Part shown: positions 29,233 through 40,300 of the stretch, one piece after another | How positions within the stretch are numbered: position 1 is the first letter of the stretch | How the letters are laid out: each line of letters starts with the position of its first letter | NCBI GenBank assembly: GCA_964634885.1 | Contig: CAZWLN010000009.1 | Coordinates: 17,735 to 81,734 of the forward strand | Origin: an uncultured Hyphomicrobiales bacterium | GTDB lineage: Bacteria > Bacteroidota > Ignavibacteria > Kapaibacteriales > UBA2268 | DNA: 64,000 bases | Reading direction: 5' to 3' | The notes under the pieces: model-generated | What the model saw: only the letters and a program-made list of their open reading frames with translations | The model's database searches: none | What the model was told of the DNA's origin: nothing | Position numbers and translations under genes: made by a program

Positions 29233-30780
29233 TCATCCTTTCTTCTTTTTCTCTCTGAAAGCTCTTTGTTTTTCTGTCCCGGGTGACTGTTTCAACAACC
29301 TGTCAACTTCTGCCATGTTTCCATTCGAAAGTCCTCTGGCTTTCAACCTGATCATTTCGATATATTCATCCAGGGCAACCGACAACGGAAGTTCCGGCAA
29401 TGTTGTCTCCGTATCTTCTTCTTTGAGTATGTCTGTAATAAACCGTTCTGGTAAGTCATGCAGGTGAATAATACCTGTACTGAAACGCCGGAATACTCTT
29501 TTTATCCACTTCTCTAACTCCCTTATATTCCCAGGCCAATCATAATCCATAAGCTTTTCGGTCACACTTTTGTCCAGGATTATCGGCGAAGAAAGAAAAA
29601 ATTGCTTATAATATAATTGGATGAAGTAATCGATTAGTAAAGGGATGTCCTGTCTATGCTCCCGCAATGGTGGTAACAATACGACTTCATCGAACCGGTC
29701 TTTCAGATCGGGGGCAAACAGGGTAGAATCATTGACATTCTTATTGGTGGCGGCTATGATTCTGGTTCCAACTTTCGTTATCTCTGCCGAGCCAAGACTG
29801 CGCACCTCCCCGTCGTTTAAAAACCTTAGCAATGTGTTCTGGCCCTCTTTGGGCATATTACCAATCTCGTCGAGGAACAGGAACCTGTTTTCGGCTTGCT
29901 TTATTATCCCGGGACTTTCCTTATCTGCTCCCGTAAATGCTCCTTTTTTGTACCCGAACAATTCTGCTGCTATCAACTCTCTGGGCAGGGTACCGCAATC
30001 TAGAGTCAACAGGTTGACATCCGATTCGTTCCTGTACAATCTCCAGATTGAATTGGCTACTACTTGTTTGCCGGTACCTCTTTCACCTAATATCAAAACA
30101 GATGTGTTATTGTTAATGTCGTAGAGTATTTGTTCCTTGATCTCTCTAACATTGTCGGATTGGCCGATTAATTCAGGAACCAATAAGTCTAATTCGTGAG
30201 ATGCCAGTTTCTGTACCAGAGCCTTGTTCTCTCTGGTTACCAATGTAAGTTGCCGTTTAATAGCTGAAGGGGCTTCGATGTGAGGAAAGTCATCGATGTT
30301 GAGGTTGACCTCTTTGATATTCGACCTTTTGTCTATGGCAAACCTTGACTCGAATGACTGGATTAACCTGGCATTGGTGATTATACCTGCCTGGCTCAGC
30401 AATATCCAGCAGGCTGTCATTGTGGGAGTGCCCGATGTAATATTGATAATCTTCTCTGCCTGTAAAAAACCGGGGCTGGTATTCAATTCCTGGACTTTGT
30501 CCAATAAAAACGGATAGACAAGATCGTAGTCAATCGGGTTGGGCAGGCTGACAGAGACAATACAAACATTGACTGCCGGGTTTATTGCTTCCATTACAGA
30601 CATATTCTCCAAAGCAATGGAATGATAGCTGATTAGCTCGGACTTCTTGTCGGGAGTAACAAACAGGTAGACCTGTTCAATCTTCTGGGAATACTTCTGA
30701 AATATCGAGAGAACTGCTCCGTATTCGTTTGAGCCGCGCTCAATTTTATCATGATTGCCAATGAAAGAGAGATATTTCAT
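29233..30780 (-). CDS. RtcR-like sigma-54-dependent transcriptional activator: N-terminal CARF-like sensor domain plus AAA+ sigma-54 interaction domain
   Basis: AAA+ bEBP motifs (GERGTGK, ELFGYKKGAFTGA, GAFEGSAEIT-like, GNIRELE); N-terminal region aligns by eye to E. coli RtcR CARF domain (NITSGTPTMTACWILLSQAG...ARLIQS vs HITTGTHVAQICWFLLAEA...ARLIQS). Confidence 0.75.
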   Translation of the reverse strand: MKYLSFIGNHDKIERGSNEYGAVLSIFQKYSQKIEQVYLFVTPDKKSELISYHSIALENMSVMEAINPAVNVCIVSVSLPNPIDYDLVYPFLLDKVQELNTSPGFLQAEKIINITSGTPTMTACWILLSQAGIITNARLIQSFESRFAIDKRSNIKEVNLNIDDFPHIEAPSAIKRQLTLVTRENKALVQKLASHELDLLVPELIGQSDNVREIKEQILYDINNNTSVLILGERGTGKQVVANSIWRLYRNESDVNLLTLDCGTLPRELIAAELFGYKKGAFTGADKESPGIIKQAENRFLFLDEIGNMPKEGQNTLLRFLNDGEVRSLGSAEITKVGTRIIAATNKNVNDSTLFAPDLKDRFDEVVLLPPLREHRQDIPLLIDYFIQLYYKQFFLSSPIILDKSVTEKLMDYDWPGNIRELEKWIKRVFRRFSTGIIHLHDLPERFITDILKEEDTETTLPELPLSVALDEYIEMIRLKARGLSNGNMAEVDRLLKQSPGTEKQRAFREKKKKG

Positions 30781-31784
30781 TTTTTATTATTTATTGGTTG
30801 ATATTTACCTGAATTAATCTTATTAGCAAGTGCTTCATTCATTATTGTCTGAATTTTTTCAAATTTCTCATAAATTATTTTTATACTATCTTGACTATTA
30901 TTCGGAATAAATGTATCTAATCCTCTATTCAACTCAGCCCCTAGTATGTTGTTTAATGTTATATACCTTTCATGTGTAAAAAATGAACTCTTGTTACAAA
31001 AGATTAATTCTACTTTTAAATTTGAAATGTTTTCAATAATAGTACTTATCTTACTATATCTATCATCAGTAGTTTCATTATTATTTCTTGATACCTGCAG
31101 GCTTGCTAATCTTGTGATAAGTGTAAATTTAACTTTATTATTTACCAATGAAATTGCATCAGCAAACTGTTTTAGACCATTTTGATAGTTATCATTCCAT
31201 TTCTCAAAAACATTTCTATCAATCAACACTACTTCAGGGTAAGATATTTGTAATTTGAGAACATTTGACCAAAAAGATATGATTTTATTCATGCCATCGT
31301 CGACAGAACTCGGTTGGGAACAAGAATAACTTGTTTCTAAGCATTTATGATATAGTTCAGAATCATCATATTTATTCATATTTATTGTATTTATACCAGG
31401 TATATTTAAAGAACTATCGAATGTTACAATATAATGTGGTAAATCATTATTTTTTTGATTAATAGCTTTGACGTTATTAATAACCGAACATTTCTTACAA
31501 TCACTACAATCACAAACTGAATCTATTATCTCTTGTTTATCCCAGAAAAATTTTTTCCAAAGTATCTCCAATTTTTTCTTTGGCTCATCTTCGAGAACAT
31601 CCTTTAAATCTAAATATTTTTTAGATAAAGTATTATACGCTCCTTCTTCTATGCAATCAATCCAAACAGTTTGCTTAGTAATGGTGCTAAAAAATGAATT
31701 AACTCTTTGCAATAATAAGTCGGCTTCATCCTCAGTAGAAGGTATATCTAGAATACTAGAATCGATTGTAATGGTTGAAATCAT
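30777..31784 (-). CDS. Hypothetical protein (Cys-cluster CDCSDCKKC), partner gene immediately downstream of the ATPase
   Basis: 335-aa ORF overlapping stops/starts with both neighbours; no confident domain call. Confidence 0.5.
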   Translation of the reverse strand: MISTITIDSSILDIPSTEDEADLLLQRVNSFFSTITKQTVWIDCIEEGAYNTLSKKYLDLKDVLEDEPKKKLEILWKKFFWDKQEIIDSVCDCSDCKKCSVINNVKAINQKNNDLPHYIVTFDSSLNIPGINTINMNKYDDSELYHKCLETSYSCSQPSSVDDGMNKIISFWSNVLKLQISYPEVVLIDRNVFEKWNDNYQNGLKQFADAISLVNNKVKFTLITRLASLQVSRNNNETTDDRYSKISTIIENISNLKVELIFCNKSSFFTHERYITLNNILGAELNRGLDTFIPNNSQDSIKIIYEKFEKIQTIMNEALANKINSGKYQPINNKK

Positions 31785-33427
31785 TAAATCATTTCCTCAT
31801 AACGTTCATCAAAAAAACCGTTAGGCCATTTTGAAGAGAATCTACCTCTTTCATCAATATTGATTTTTGTACAAACTAGCCCATTAGTACTTGATTCAAA
31901 AAAGTAAATTGAAAGGAACTTCTGTTCAATTTGTAGCTTAATTTCTTCATTTTTGCCTTTTATTGTTTCCTTAATACGTCTTAGCAGCCTCAACATCAAG
32001 TGCTCGCTATGGGTTTCAATGAGAAATCTTAATTCTGGTTTTGTATTGATTTGTTCTATAAATAGATCGCCCAAATCTACTTGCATTTTCGGATGAGTGT
32101 GTAGTTCCGGTTGTTCGATAGCTAAAATTGAATTGTTCTGATAAATGGCAGCTACAATAACTGGTATTATCTGTGAAATTCCAACACCAATGTCTATAGG
32201 TTTCAGTTCAATAGTGTTTTCTATGTCTTTTATAAATAAGTCAGTCAAGACATCGGAATTCATCAGAAAACTTTTCAAATCATCTTCATCGACAACTATA
32301 CCCTGAATGATTTTCCTGTGTATATCAGAATCTGTATTCAGAAGTCTATAATCCTTTTTGGCAATCTGATAACCAGTGTCGAATTTTTGCAGCCAACTGT
32401 TTACTTTGTCGAATAGGTCCACATCTCCGTTTCTTAATACTTCCCATGCTAATAGTCCATTTGACCAGTTGACATTACCAGAATTGTGTTTTGAAAAATG
32501 ATGCCTATCCAGAATTTCTCTTAGTGGACCAACATAATTCATTTTACTCAATTCATTGGTCAGATATTCACCAAGACCAACGAAAATTATGTTTAGTATT
32601 TGATGAAATATCTTTTTTTGTTTATTAATATTTTCAAACTCAGCTTTATGATAGTCAGTGAGCTCGTTTACCGGTTTTCTGAATATCAAATCATCAAATG
32701 ACAGAGCTTTTCCCCATATAGGTACTGCTGTCTCTTGCATTAAAACTTCGATTTCATTGAAAACTACATCGCCATTCTCTCCATATACATTGGAATTTAT
32801 AATACAGTCATAAATTTGCAGGAGACGTTGCGATGGATATGAATTGCCTTGCTCATTAGCGTTCATATTATCATTGTCAAGAAATACATTATGATGCAAA
32901 TTCAATTTTTCAACTAATAGGTTTTCCCTCCCACCAGGATTATTCTCTATGATTGAGCCAAAGTGTTCATTATTAAACCCTACATGGTAATTTACTCTGG
33001 GCTTTTCCGTACCATAATCCCAAAAGACTTCCAATTCAATATAAGCCGAATCGATGCTTTCTCTTAAATGTGAGATCAGATTTTCCGGGTCTTCATTGTC
33101 AAGTTCTTGTTCAAAATAAAAATCAAAATAGGGTAACTGCGATGATTTGACATCAAAATCTATTCTTATAATAATTCTATTCTGCAAAATCTGATTATTA
33201 ACAACATTTCGAAAACCTCCGTAATCAATGATATTTCCTCCTAATTCTATCCTGTCAGCCGCGCAGTTCTTATTGAGGAGTATCTCCCTTGCATAATGCA
33301 TTGCCTGGAACACTGTACTCTTACCGGCGCTGTTGGCGCCAAAAAGCAGGGTAATCGGCTTCAGGTCGATTGTTACACCCGGGCTGCCGATACCCTTGAA
33401 GTTCTCGATATAGATTTTTGTTATCAT
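31784..33427 (-). CDS. ABC-type / OLD-family-like ATPase (AAA_15/AAA_21-like) of the kind found in Septu, PARIS, AbiEii and RloA systems
   Basis: Walker A LLFGANSAGKST at N-terminus, distant signature-like GISQIIP, Walker B ILAIEQPELHTHP, H-loop ETHSEHL near C-terminus; no nuclease domain within the protein. Confidence 0.75.
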   Translation of the reverse strand: MITKIYIENFKGIGSPGVTIDLKPITLLFGANSAGKSTVFQAMHYAREILLNKNCAADRIELGGNIIDYGGFRNVVNNQILQNRIIIRIDFDVKSSQLPYFDFYFEQELDNEDPENLISHLRESIDSAYIELEVFWDYGTEKPRVNYHVGFNNEHFGSIIENNPGGRENLLVEKLNLHHNVFLDNDNMNANEQGNSYPSQRLLQIYDCIINSNVYGENGDVVFNEIEVLMQETAVPIWGKALSFDDLIFRKPVNELTDYHKAEFENINKQKKIFHQILNIIFVGLGEYLTNELSKMNYVGPLREILDRHHFSKHNSGNVNWSNGLLAWEVLRNGDVDLFDKVNSWLQKFDTGYQIAKKDYRLLNTDSDIHRKIIQGIVVDEDDLKSFLMNSDVLTDLFIKDIENTIELKPIDIGVGISQIIPVIVAAIYQNNSILAIEQPELHTHPKMQVDLGDLFIEQINTKPELRFLIETHSEHLMLRLLRRIKETIKGKNEEIKLQIEQKFLSIYFFESSTNGLVCTKINIDERGRFSSKWPNGFFDERYEEMI

Positions 33428-33438
33428 GGCTTGATTAT

Positions 33439-33924
33439 TTAGTTAGTGAATAATTTGTTGAAATCCTTTATAAGCATTAGTACAAAAAATACCAATATAC
33501 TTCCAAATAATGTAATTATCTGCCATTTCAATAACTTGTATGTCCTTCTGCTGCATCTTTTTGAAATATTCCTGAATTTCTTGAAATTGTGCTCTTTGTA
33601 TCTCCGGTATTTCCATAAAGTAATTTTTGCGGTTATCCGAAAGTCTTTCAGCCGGTTGGTAACGCAGCAGATGCCAATAATTATTGAAGCCAATATAATA
33701 GATATGCCCAATAGGTAAACTATCGATTCGATAGTATTAAGGTTCAATGAGCTATCGTTCAGGACGCTCAATTCATAGCCGAGAATACCTATTGCAAAAG
33801 TCAGGAACAAATTGATTGTAAACGACAATTGTTTGATGCGGTAGTCCTGCCACCTGGTAAAGGACTCTTTTTTACTCTTTGTTTCTTCCACTGTTAACTT
33901 CTCTTCATTAGTTGATTGATTCAC
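33439..33924 (-). CDS. Small membrane protein (3 predicted TM helices) embedded in the defense array
   Basis: 161-aa ORF with three hydrophobic stretches; overlaps hsdS stop by 4 nt. Confidence 0.5.
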   Translation of the reverse strand: MNQSTNEEKLTVEETKSKKESFTRWQDYRIKQLSFTINLFLTFAIGILGYELSVLNDSSLNLNTIESIVYLLGISIILASIIIGICCVTNRLKDFRITAKITLWKYRRYKEHNFKKFRNISKRCSRRTYKLLKWQIITLFGSILVFFVLMLIKDFNKLFTN

Positions 33925-35075
33925 AGCTCCCCTCTGAAAGCTCTTTGCATCAGTGAATTGAAAAGGTTGTCGCTCTCGGTTAACTGTGCTTGTAGTTTTG
34001 CTTTTAGTTCTTCGATCTTTGTTACAATATCAGCAAATTTGGTTTGTAAAGTAATTGGAGGATAATTTATTGGCCATATTTTAACAATACTAGTATTAAC
34101 TACTCCGTGGGCTGACCCTACCGAATAGCCATAAAGACTACTTTTCCCAAAAGTTAAATTCATATAGAAAGCTATAAATAAAGATTGGAATTTAGTATCA
34201 GAACCAACTACAATAATATTAGCACAATTTGCACCGTCTAGTTCATATGGTACTACTGCGACCATACCCCTATTTACTCCAACTCTTGATATTAAAATAT
34301 CATTAGCATGGATTATAGAATTTTTTAATTTATTATGAAAATCTGTTGATATATAATGTAAATCTTGATAAGTGATTTTCATAGGTCTTATATTCTGAGT
34401 TCTAAGAAATGGAATACCATCCTGTCTATAACCATCAGTTGTTGGTCCAACATGCCCCACAACAATTCTATTAGTCAATTCACCGAGGTTTCTCACTTCC
34501 CAGCCCTTCGGGTTAGTCACCGGGTCTCCAAACATATCGAGAAAGACAGAACGGAGGTATTCATCGCACAATTTCAAGCTCTCACGTAGCTTCTGCCTTA
34601 TTTCGTCCGCTTTGTCAAGAATGGCGGCTATGCGGATCTGGTCCTCGAGAGAGGGGAGTAGAAGTTCCAAATTCTTAAGGTCATCTTGAGTTATCGCATC
34701 AAATGTTGAACCTCTACCACTAGAAGACAATTTAGACTCAATACTTCTAAAAAATCGAAATATAAAATTAAAGTCAACACCTTCTTTTACTCGTATTGCA
34801 CTTAATCCTCTCCCAATACATGCTTTTTGGTTACATATATTGGTTGGGCCAACTGGAGCTCTTACAGAAATAAGTATATCATTTGGTAATGCTATTTTTA
34901 AAGGGATAGAGCACCATTGTCTAATGTTTGGATAAATATAACCAAAATCAGACTTGCCTTGAAAAAAAGGTAATCCTATACAATCATTGTTATATGTTGA
35001 AGACGGTGGCGATTGACCAGCAATTATATCACAAATTTCTTTTAATTTTACTATTTTCATACTTAATTTCTTCAA
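33921..35075 (-). CDS. hsdS: Type I restriction-modification specificity subunit
   Basis: 384-aa protein with two target-recognition-domain-like halves separated by conserved coiled-coil spacers; position downstream of hsdM; typical HsdS blocks (GIPFLRTQNI..., LPSLEDQIRIA). Confidence 0.75.
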   Translation of the reverse strand: MKKLSMKIVKLKEICDIIAGQSPPSSTYNNDCIGLPFFQGKSDFGYIYPNIRQWCSIPLKIALPNDILISVRAPVGPTNICNQKACIGRGLSAIRVKEGVDFNFIFRFFRSIESKLSSSGRGSTFDAITQDDLKNLELLLPSLEDQIRIAAILDKADEIRQKLRESLKLCDEYLRSVFLDMFGDPVTNPKGWEVRNLGELTNRIVVGHVGPTTDGYRQDGIPFLRTQNIRPMKITYQDLHYISTDFHNKLKNSIIHANDILISRVGVNRGMVAVVPYELDGANCANIIVVGSDTKFQSLFIAFYMNLTFGKSSLYGYSVGSAHGVVNTSIVKIWPINYPPITLQTKFADIVTKIEELKAKLQAQLTESDNLFNSLMQRAFRGEL

Positions 35076-35833
35076 TTCAATAAATTAGTTTGACCATCTT
35101 CCAACATTGGAATATCCGGGATAGAAGCTCCTGCTTTACCTTTCATAATTTCAACAAGATATGCAATCCTTTTATTACTCATATTCCTATTATCAAAGAA
35201 TGGAGCAAGTATCAACAATGATTTCTTAGTATCCAGCTCAATTTGTTGATATTCAAAGCAATCTTCTCTTTGAAAATTTTCTTTTTGAGTAACAAACAAC
35301 TCTCTATAATCATTCCAGTGTCCAATGCCAAAACATATGATAAAAGTTGGTTTGTGTTGATTAATATACTGTAAAACTTTTTGCTTTCTTGTTTTCATAA
35401 AGTCCTTGTAGTAGTATTCCTCAGTCATTTCTAATTCTTTTAAAATTTCTGGTGACAACATATCAGTATTCTTATTTCTGCCAATTGGATATAAATTAAT
35501 TTGGAAATTAGAACCCTTTTCAAAAAATAAATATTTATTTATGTATTCTCTTGGTTTTATTTTAATGTTATTAAATGATGTAATAGTTTTTGCCATAATC
35601 GTATAAACACTTGTAAATTTACCACTAAAGCCTTTTTTATTCTTATTCTCCCTAAGTTCTGCCAAATCACTCTCATACCAATTTTCTCTCATTTCCCAGT
35701 CATAAGATTCGGAAATTTTACCAATCTTATCTATTTCGGGTACTTTTGCCTCCTCAATACCAATAAACCAATAATCACTCTCAGGATTACCCATTCCAAT
35801 ATAATTGAGTAAGTTATTACACTTGTCGTTCAC
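35072..35833 (-). CDS. Hypothetical protein inserted between hsdM and hsdS
   Basis: 253-aa ORF overlapping both neighbours by 1-4 nt; no recognisable motifs. Confidence 0.5.
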   Translation of the reverse strand: MNDKCNNLLNYIGMGNPESDYWFIGIEEAKVPEIDKIGKISESYDWEMRENWYESDLAELRENKNKKGFSGKFTSVYTIMAKTITSFNNIKIKPREYINKYLFFEKGSNFQINLYPIGRNKNTDMLSPEILKELEMTEEYYYKDFMKTRKQKVLQYINQHKPTFIICFGIGHWNDYRELFVTQKENFQREDCFEYQQIELDTKKSLLILAPFFDNRNMSNKRIAYLVEIMKGKAGASIPDIPMLEDGQTNLLN

Positions 35834-37329
35834 TACAACATCTCCACTAATTCTTCAATATTAGAAATAATTTCATTTTCCAGTGTTTTCATTTTGCTGA
35901 TAATCACAGAAGGCGCCTCATACTCTTCTTCCTTGTGGACAATTTCCTTGTACTTGTTAATAGACAGGTCGAAATTGTTAGCAACTATTTCACTTTTGTC
36001 CACAGTAAAATGCTTTTGGGTTTTGTCGTTGTTTTCAACCTCGAACCTGTTGTTCCACTTGCCAATGCAGTCAGGTATGTCGCTGCCTTCGACCGGTTGG
36101 CGTTTGTCGTCCAGGGAAAAACCGTCATTGCCCAGGTCATAGAACCAAACTCTATTGGTCTCGCCACCCTTCGTAAGTATCAGAATGGCTGTCGAAACCC
36201 CTGCGTAGGGTTTGAAAACCCCTGCCGGAAGTTTGATAATACCTTCGAGCTGATTCTTCTCGACAATTAGTTTCCTCAGTTCAATATGAGCGTTGGAAGA
36301 CCCGAACAAAACACCGTCAGGCACTATTGTGGCGCATCTGCCCCCGAGTTTTAGCATTCTGAGCATCAGCACAATGAAGAGTAGTTCGGTTTTCTTTGTT
36401 TTTACCTTGCTCAACAGGTCTTCGGCAACATCTTCGAAGTCGAGACTGCCTTTGAAAGGTGGATTGGCTAAAATAGCGTCGAAATAGTTCCCGGACAATG
36501 AAGGTTGTTTGTCGGCAAATGACTGGCTTAACGTGTCCTGGTATATAATGCCCGGGGAGTCGATGCCGTGGAGCATCAGATTCATGGCGGCAATTCTTAA
36601 CATTGTAATGTCGAAATCGAAGCCGTGGAGCAATTCTTTTTGCACATGTTCTCTGTACTTTTCGAGCAAGTCTTCCGAATAGGAAATATGTCCGTCTTCA
36701 TGTGTATATTTTCCCTTTTCAGAAGTGTATTTTACTTTGATGAATTCTCGTGTTTGCATTAGAAAACCGGCAGTACCACAAGCAGGGTCGCCGATTCTTT
36801 CGTATGGTTTTGGGTCGATAACATTGACCATAAGGTCGATGATATGGCGGGGAGTACGGAACTGGCCGTTAATACCCGCTGTTGTAAGCTTACTTAGCAG
36901 GTATTCATACAAATCGCCCTTGGTGTCGCCTTCAGTCAAAGGCAATTTGTCGATCATCTCAACGGCAGAAGACAGCAGGCTTGGTTTCTGAATCAGCAAT
37001 TGAGCGTCTGAAAGATAGACAGAAAGCCCGTTGCCAATTTCTTTAAAATGGGGAAAAACTTTATCCCGAACCAATTTGAGCATATTTTCGGGTTCAAGAT
37101 GAATAAAATTCGACCAACGTAAATCTTGATTATCAGAATTAAATTTGCCTTCGTGTTTTAGTTTTAAACGCTGAGCTTTCTTTTCTTCACGAGTTTCATT
37201 GATATCGATCAGCCGTATAAACATTAGAAATGTTATTTGCTCGATTACCGTCAAAGGATTGGTAATTCCACCAGTCCAGAATTCTTCCCAAAGCTTGTCT
37301 ATTTTACTTTTCAATTCACTATTCATCAT
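35833..37329 (-). CDS. hsdM: Type I restriction-modification DNA methyltransferase subunit (N6-adenine)
   Basis: N-terminal HsdM_N-like region, [12 protein letters not shown], catalytic NPPF ([10 protein letters not shown]). Confidence 0.9.
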   Translation of the reverse strand: MMNSELKSKIDKLWEEFWTGGITNPLTVIEQITFLMFIRLIDINETREEKKAQRLKLKHEGKFNSDNQDLRWSNFIHLEPENMLKLVRDKVFPHFKEIGNGLSVYLSDAQLLIQKPSLLSSAVEMIDKLPLTEGDTKGDLYEYLLSKLTTAGINGQFRTPRHIIDLMVNVIDPKPYERIGDPACGTAGFLMQTREFIKVKYTSEKGKYTHEDGHISYSEDLLEKYREHVQKELLHGFDFDITMLRIAAMNLMLHGIDSPGIIYQDTLSQSFADKQPSLSGNYFDAILANPPFKGSLDFEDVAEDLLSKVKTKKTELLFIVLMLRMLKLGGRCATIVPDGVLFGSSNAHIELRKLIVEKNQLEGIIKLPAGVFKPYAGVSTAILILTKGGETNRVWFYDLGNDGFSLDDKRQPVEGSDIPDCIGKWNNRFEVENNDKTQKHFTVDKSEIVANNFDLSINKYKEIVHKEEEYEAPSVIISKMKTLENEIISNIEELVEML

Positions 37330-40300
37330 TTATTTTCCTATGCTATTAATTGTTAACCTATTGTCTTTGAGTATGGTAAAAATCTCTTCCACCATAGTTT
37401 CATTGTTGAAAATGCCTTCAACACCTTCAGTGTCCAAAGAAGTAAATGGCGATTCGTACAGTTTTTCAAGTTTAATACACCCATACATGCCGATATAGTT
37501 CTTAAGCATATTCAGAAAAGCTATTTGATTTCCTGATAGCTCTGGATGATTTGCTACAAAGCTCTCAAAATAAGAATTTACAGCTTCTGCTTCAAGACCA
37601 ATAATTCTTCGTATTGCCAAATCCAGGTACCCCGCGGTGTCGGGATAGAATTCATAAAGAATATTAATATCAACATTTGGATATTTTGTGAGAACAAGGG
37701 AAACAAGTGAGTTAAGCTCATCCTGAGTAACAAAGGCGCCTTTTTTAATCTTTTGTAAAACAACGCTTTCATTGAACATCTGACAGAGAGCTTTTTCCAC
37801 CCTTTCTTTATATTTAATCATTTCCATACCCGGCATTTTGGGTATGTATTCCTCATGTTTAACCTTATCGGGATTCTCTGTAATATCGATTGTTTTCGAT
37901 TCGCTTATTAGTGGTACTTCAGACTCTTTGAACTGCATCAATCCACGCAATTCTTTTCTGATTTCTTCCAGATTGTTAAATTGTATCGTATCCCAATATT
38001 CAGCACTCAATACTTTTTTAATTACATCAGATTTTGTTCTTACCTGGTATAAATTCCTTTGTAGTAATGAAACTTCATTTATGATATCATCTCTGAAACT
38101 CTCAAACAAATTTGTATTTAGAATGAATTCTGTTTGTGATTGAGTAAGAAGAATATCAAACTTTACTGCTTCAATATGGCCAGCGATATTAATCCACCTC
38201 ATCAATGGAGCTATTTCATTCTTTAAAATATTAATAGTAGACTGATCGAATCGTTCAATTACACCATCTTGCTTCATCAGGTTGACTTCTCTCCACCTAT
38301 CTTTGACGGCAATAGATTTCAACGAATCCAGTGTATTAATATCTTTTTTAATGAGATCGACAATATATTTGAATTCATCTTGTTGAAACTTTTCAAGTGC
38401 GGTTTCGGCAAGTTTAATTCTCTGCAAAAACAATCTCTGGGATAAAGACATTGAGTCACTCACTTCTGCCGGTTTACAATTCAGATCGAACCATTCAAAA
38501 TTGCCCCAGTGGTCGAAAATTCTGAATTTTGTTTTATCAACCCCAAGCCCTAATAAATTAGGGCATAGCCTTGTCCCTCTTCCAATCATCTGCCAGAATT
38601 TGACGTATGATTTGATGGGTTTTGCAAATACAAGATTGACGACTTCAGGAATATCAATCCCGGTATCGAGCATATCTACCGATATGGCTATGGACAGCAA
38701 ATTGTTATTGCCTTTACCTTTGAAATCATCAATTAATTGTTCTGCTCGTGGGTCATAGTTATCTATAACCTGACAAAATTTACCGCCATACTGAGGAAAC
38801 ATTTCATTGAACAGGCTTTGCAATTGAAGAGCGTGTTTATGGCTCCGTGCGAAAATTATTGTTTTACCCGGGAGACTATCGGTCGCATCTTTAATTCCTT
38901 TCTCCATCAGATTTCTTATAATCTCACGGTTTGTATCTTTGTTGTATATAAATTTGTCTATATCATTAGAAGTATAATCGAATTCTTCAGCATTGGCAAC
39001 CTGGTCTTCGAGTTCTTTTTTTTGCTCGATGGTCAAATTGGCGTACTTTATACCTTCTCTTAAAAATTCAGTGGTATGATTAAACACTTCAAATGGCACC
39101 AAATATCCTTCTTTGACAGCCGTTTCATAATCGTAATTTGCAGTGGGGTCTTGATTGTCGCAATTAAACATAGAAAAAGTATTTCTGGCAATCAGGTCGA
39201 CAGGAGTAGCAGTTAACCCAATTTGATAGGAATCGAAGTAATCGAAAATATCCTTATAAACATTATAAATACTTCTGTGAGATTCATCGGCAATAATTAA
39301 ATCGAAGAAACCAACATCAAAAGTATCATAATACTTCAACATGGCTGGGTAGGTCGATAAATAAATTCTTTTATCTCTATTTTTATAGGTTCTGCTATTT
39401 ACAGTTGTCAGCGGAGTTGAAGGGATAAAATCGGTGAAAGCATTCTTGGCTTGTTTCCTCAATTCCCTTCTGTCGCATAGAAATAGAATTCTCTTAACCC
39501 AGTTCCCTTTCAATAGAGTGTCGCAAAGTGAAACGGCGACTCTTGTCTTACCAGTACCTGTGGCTTGAACAATAAGCGATTTTCTATTTTTCTGAGCGAA
39601 CTTTTCAATAACTCTTTTTTGTGCTTCCATTTGATAGAGCCTGTTAGCTATTGAAGGATTTGCTTCCAGATTGAGACTGTCTGTTCTGTTTTCCCTTTTA
39701 AAATGTAGGTATGTCAAACTATCTTTTGAATAAAACCCATGGATTTTTCTTGGTGGTTCGTTCTCTTTATCATTCCAAATATAAATATCAAACCCATTGG
39801 TATAAAATATTACAGGTCTTTTCCCAAACTTTCTTTCAATAGCATCAGCATAGAGTGTAGCTTGTTTTTTACCAATGTCAGGGTCTTTTGAGGTTTTTTT
39901 TGCTTCGATTACTGCCAATGGCTTGCCATCGTCACCAATGAGTACATAATCAACGAACCCTTTCCCAGTTTCCGTTGGCTGTCCGTCAACTTCATATTCT
40001 ATTTCAATATCGGAATTTTCCGATGAACCATCATTAAATGCCCACCCTGCAATAGAAAGTTGTTTGTCGATAAGGAATTGTCTTGTTTGCTCTTCATTCA
40101 GATCGAGTAAAACAGCAACTGATTTGCCTTTATTTTTAATTGTTTCGCTCTCAATATCGGTTAAAGGTGTTATACTGGCTTTTTCTTCCTTTTTATTTAA
40201 ATTTTGAATTAGTTGTTCAATGATTAATTCTTTTTTATTTAACTCTGCCTGCAATTTTGGCTTATTAATATCAGCCATTGATTTTGTTTTATCAGGCAAA

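Noticed and set aside
29233-30780. Ordinary NtrC-type two-component response regulator
   Set aside because: The N-terminus lacks receiver-domain motifs (no D-D-K phospho-acceptor pattern) and instead matches the RtcR CARF-like segment.
31784-33427. Gabija GajA-like single-protein ATPase-nuclease
   Set aside because: Only about 60 aa follow the H-loop, so there is no room for a TOPRIM domain. It is a standalone ATPase needing a separate effector.
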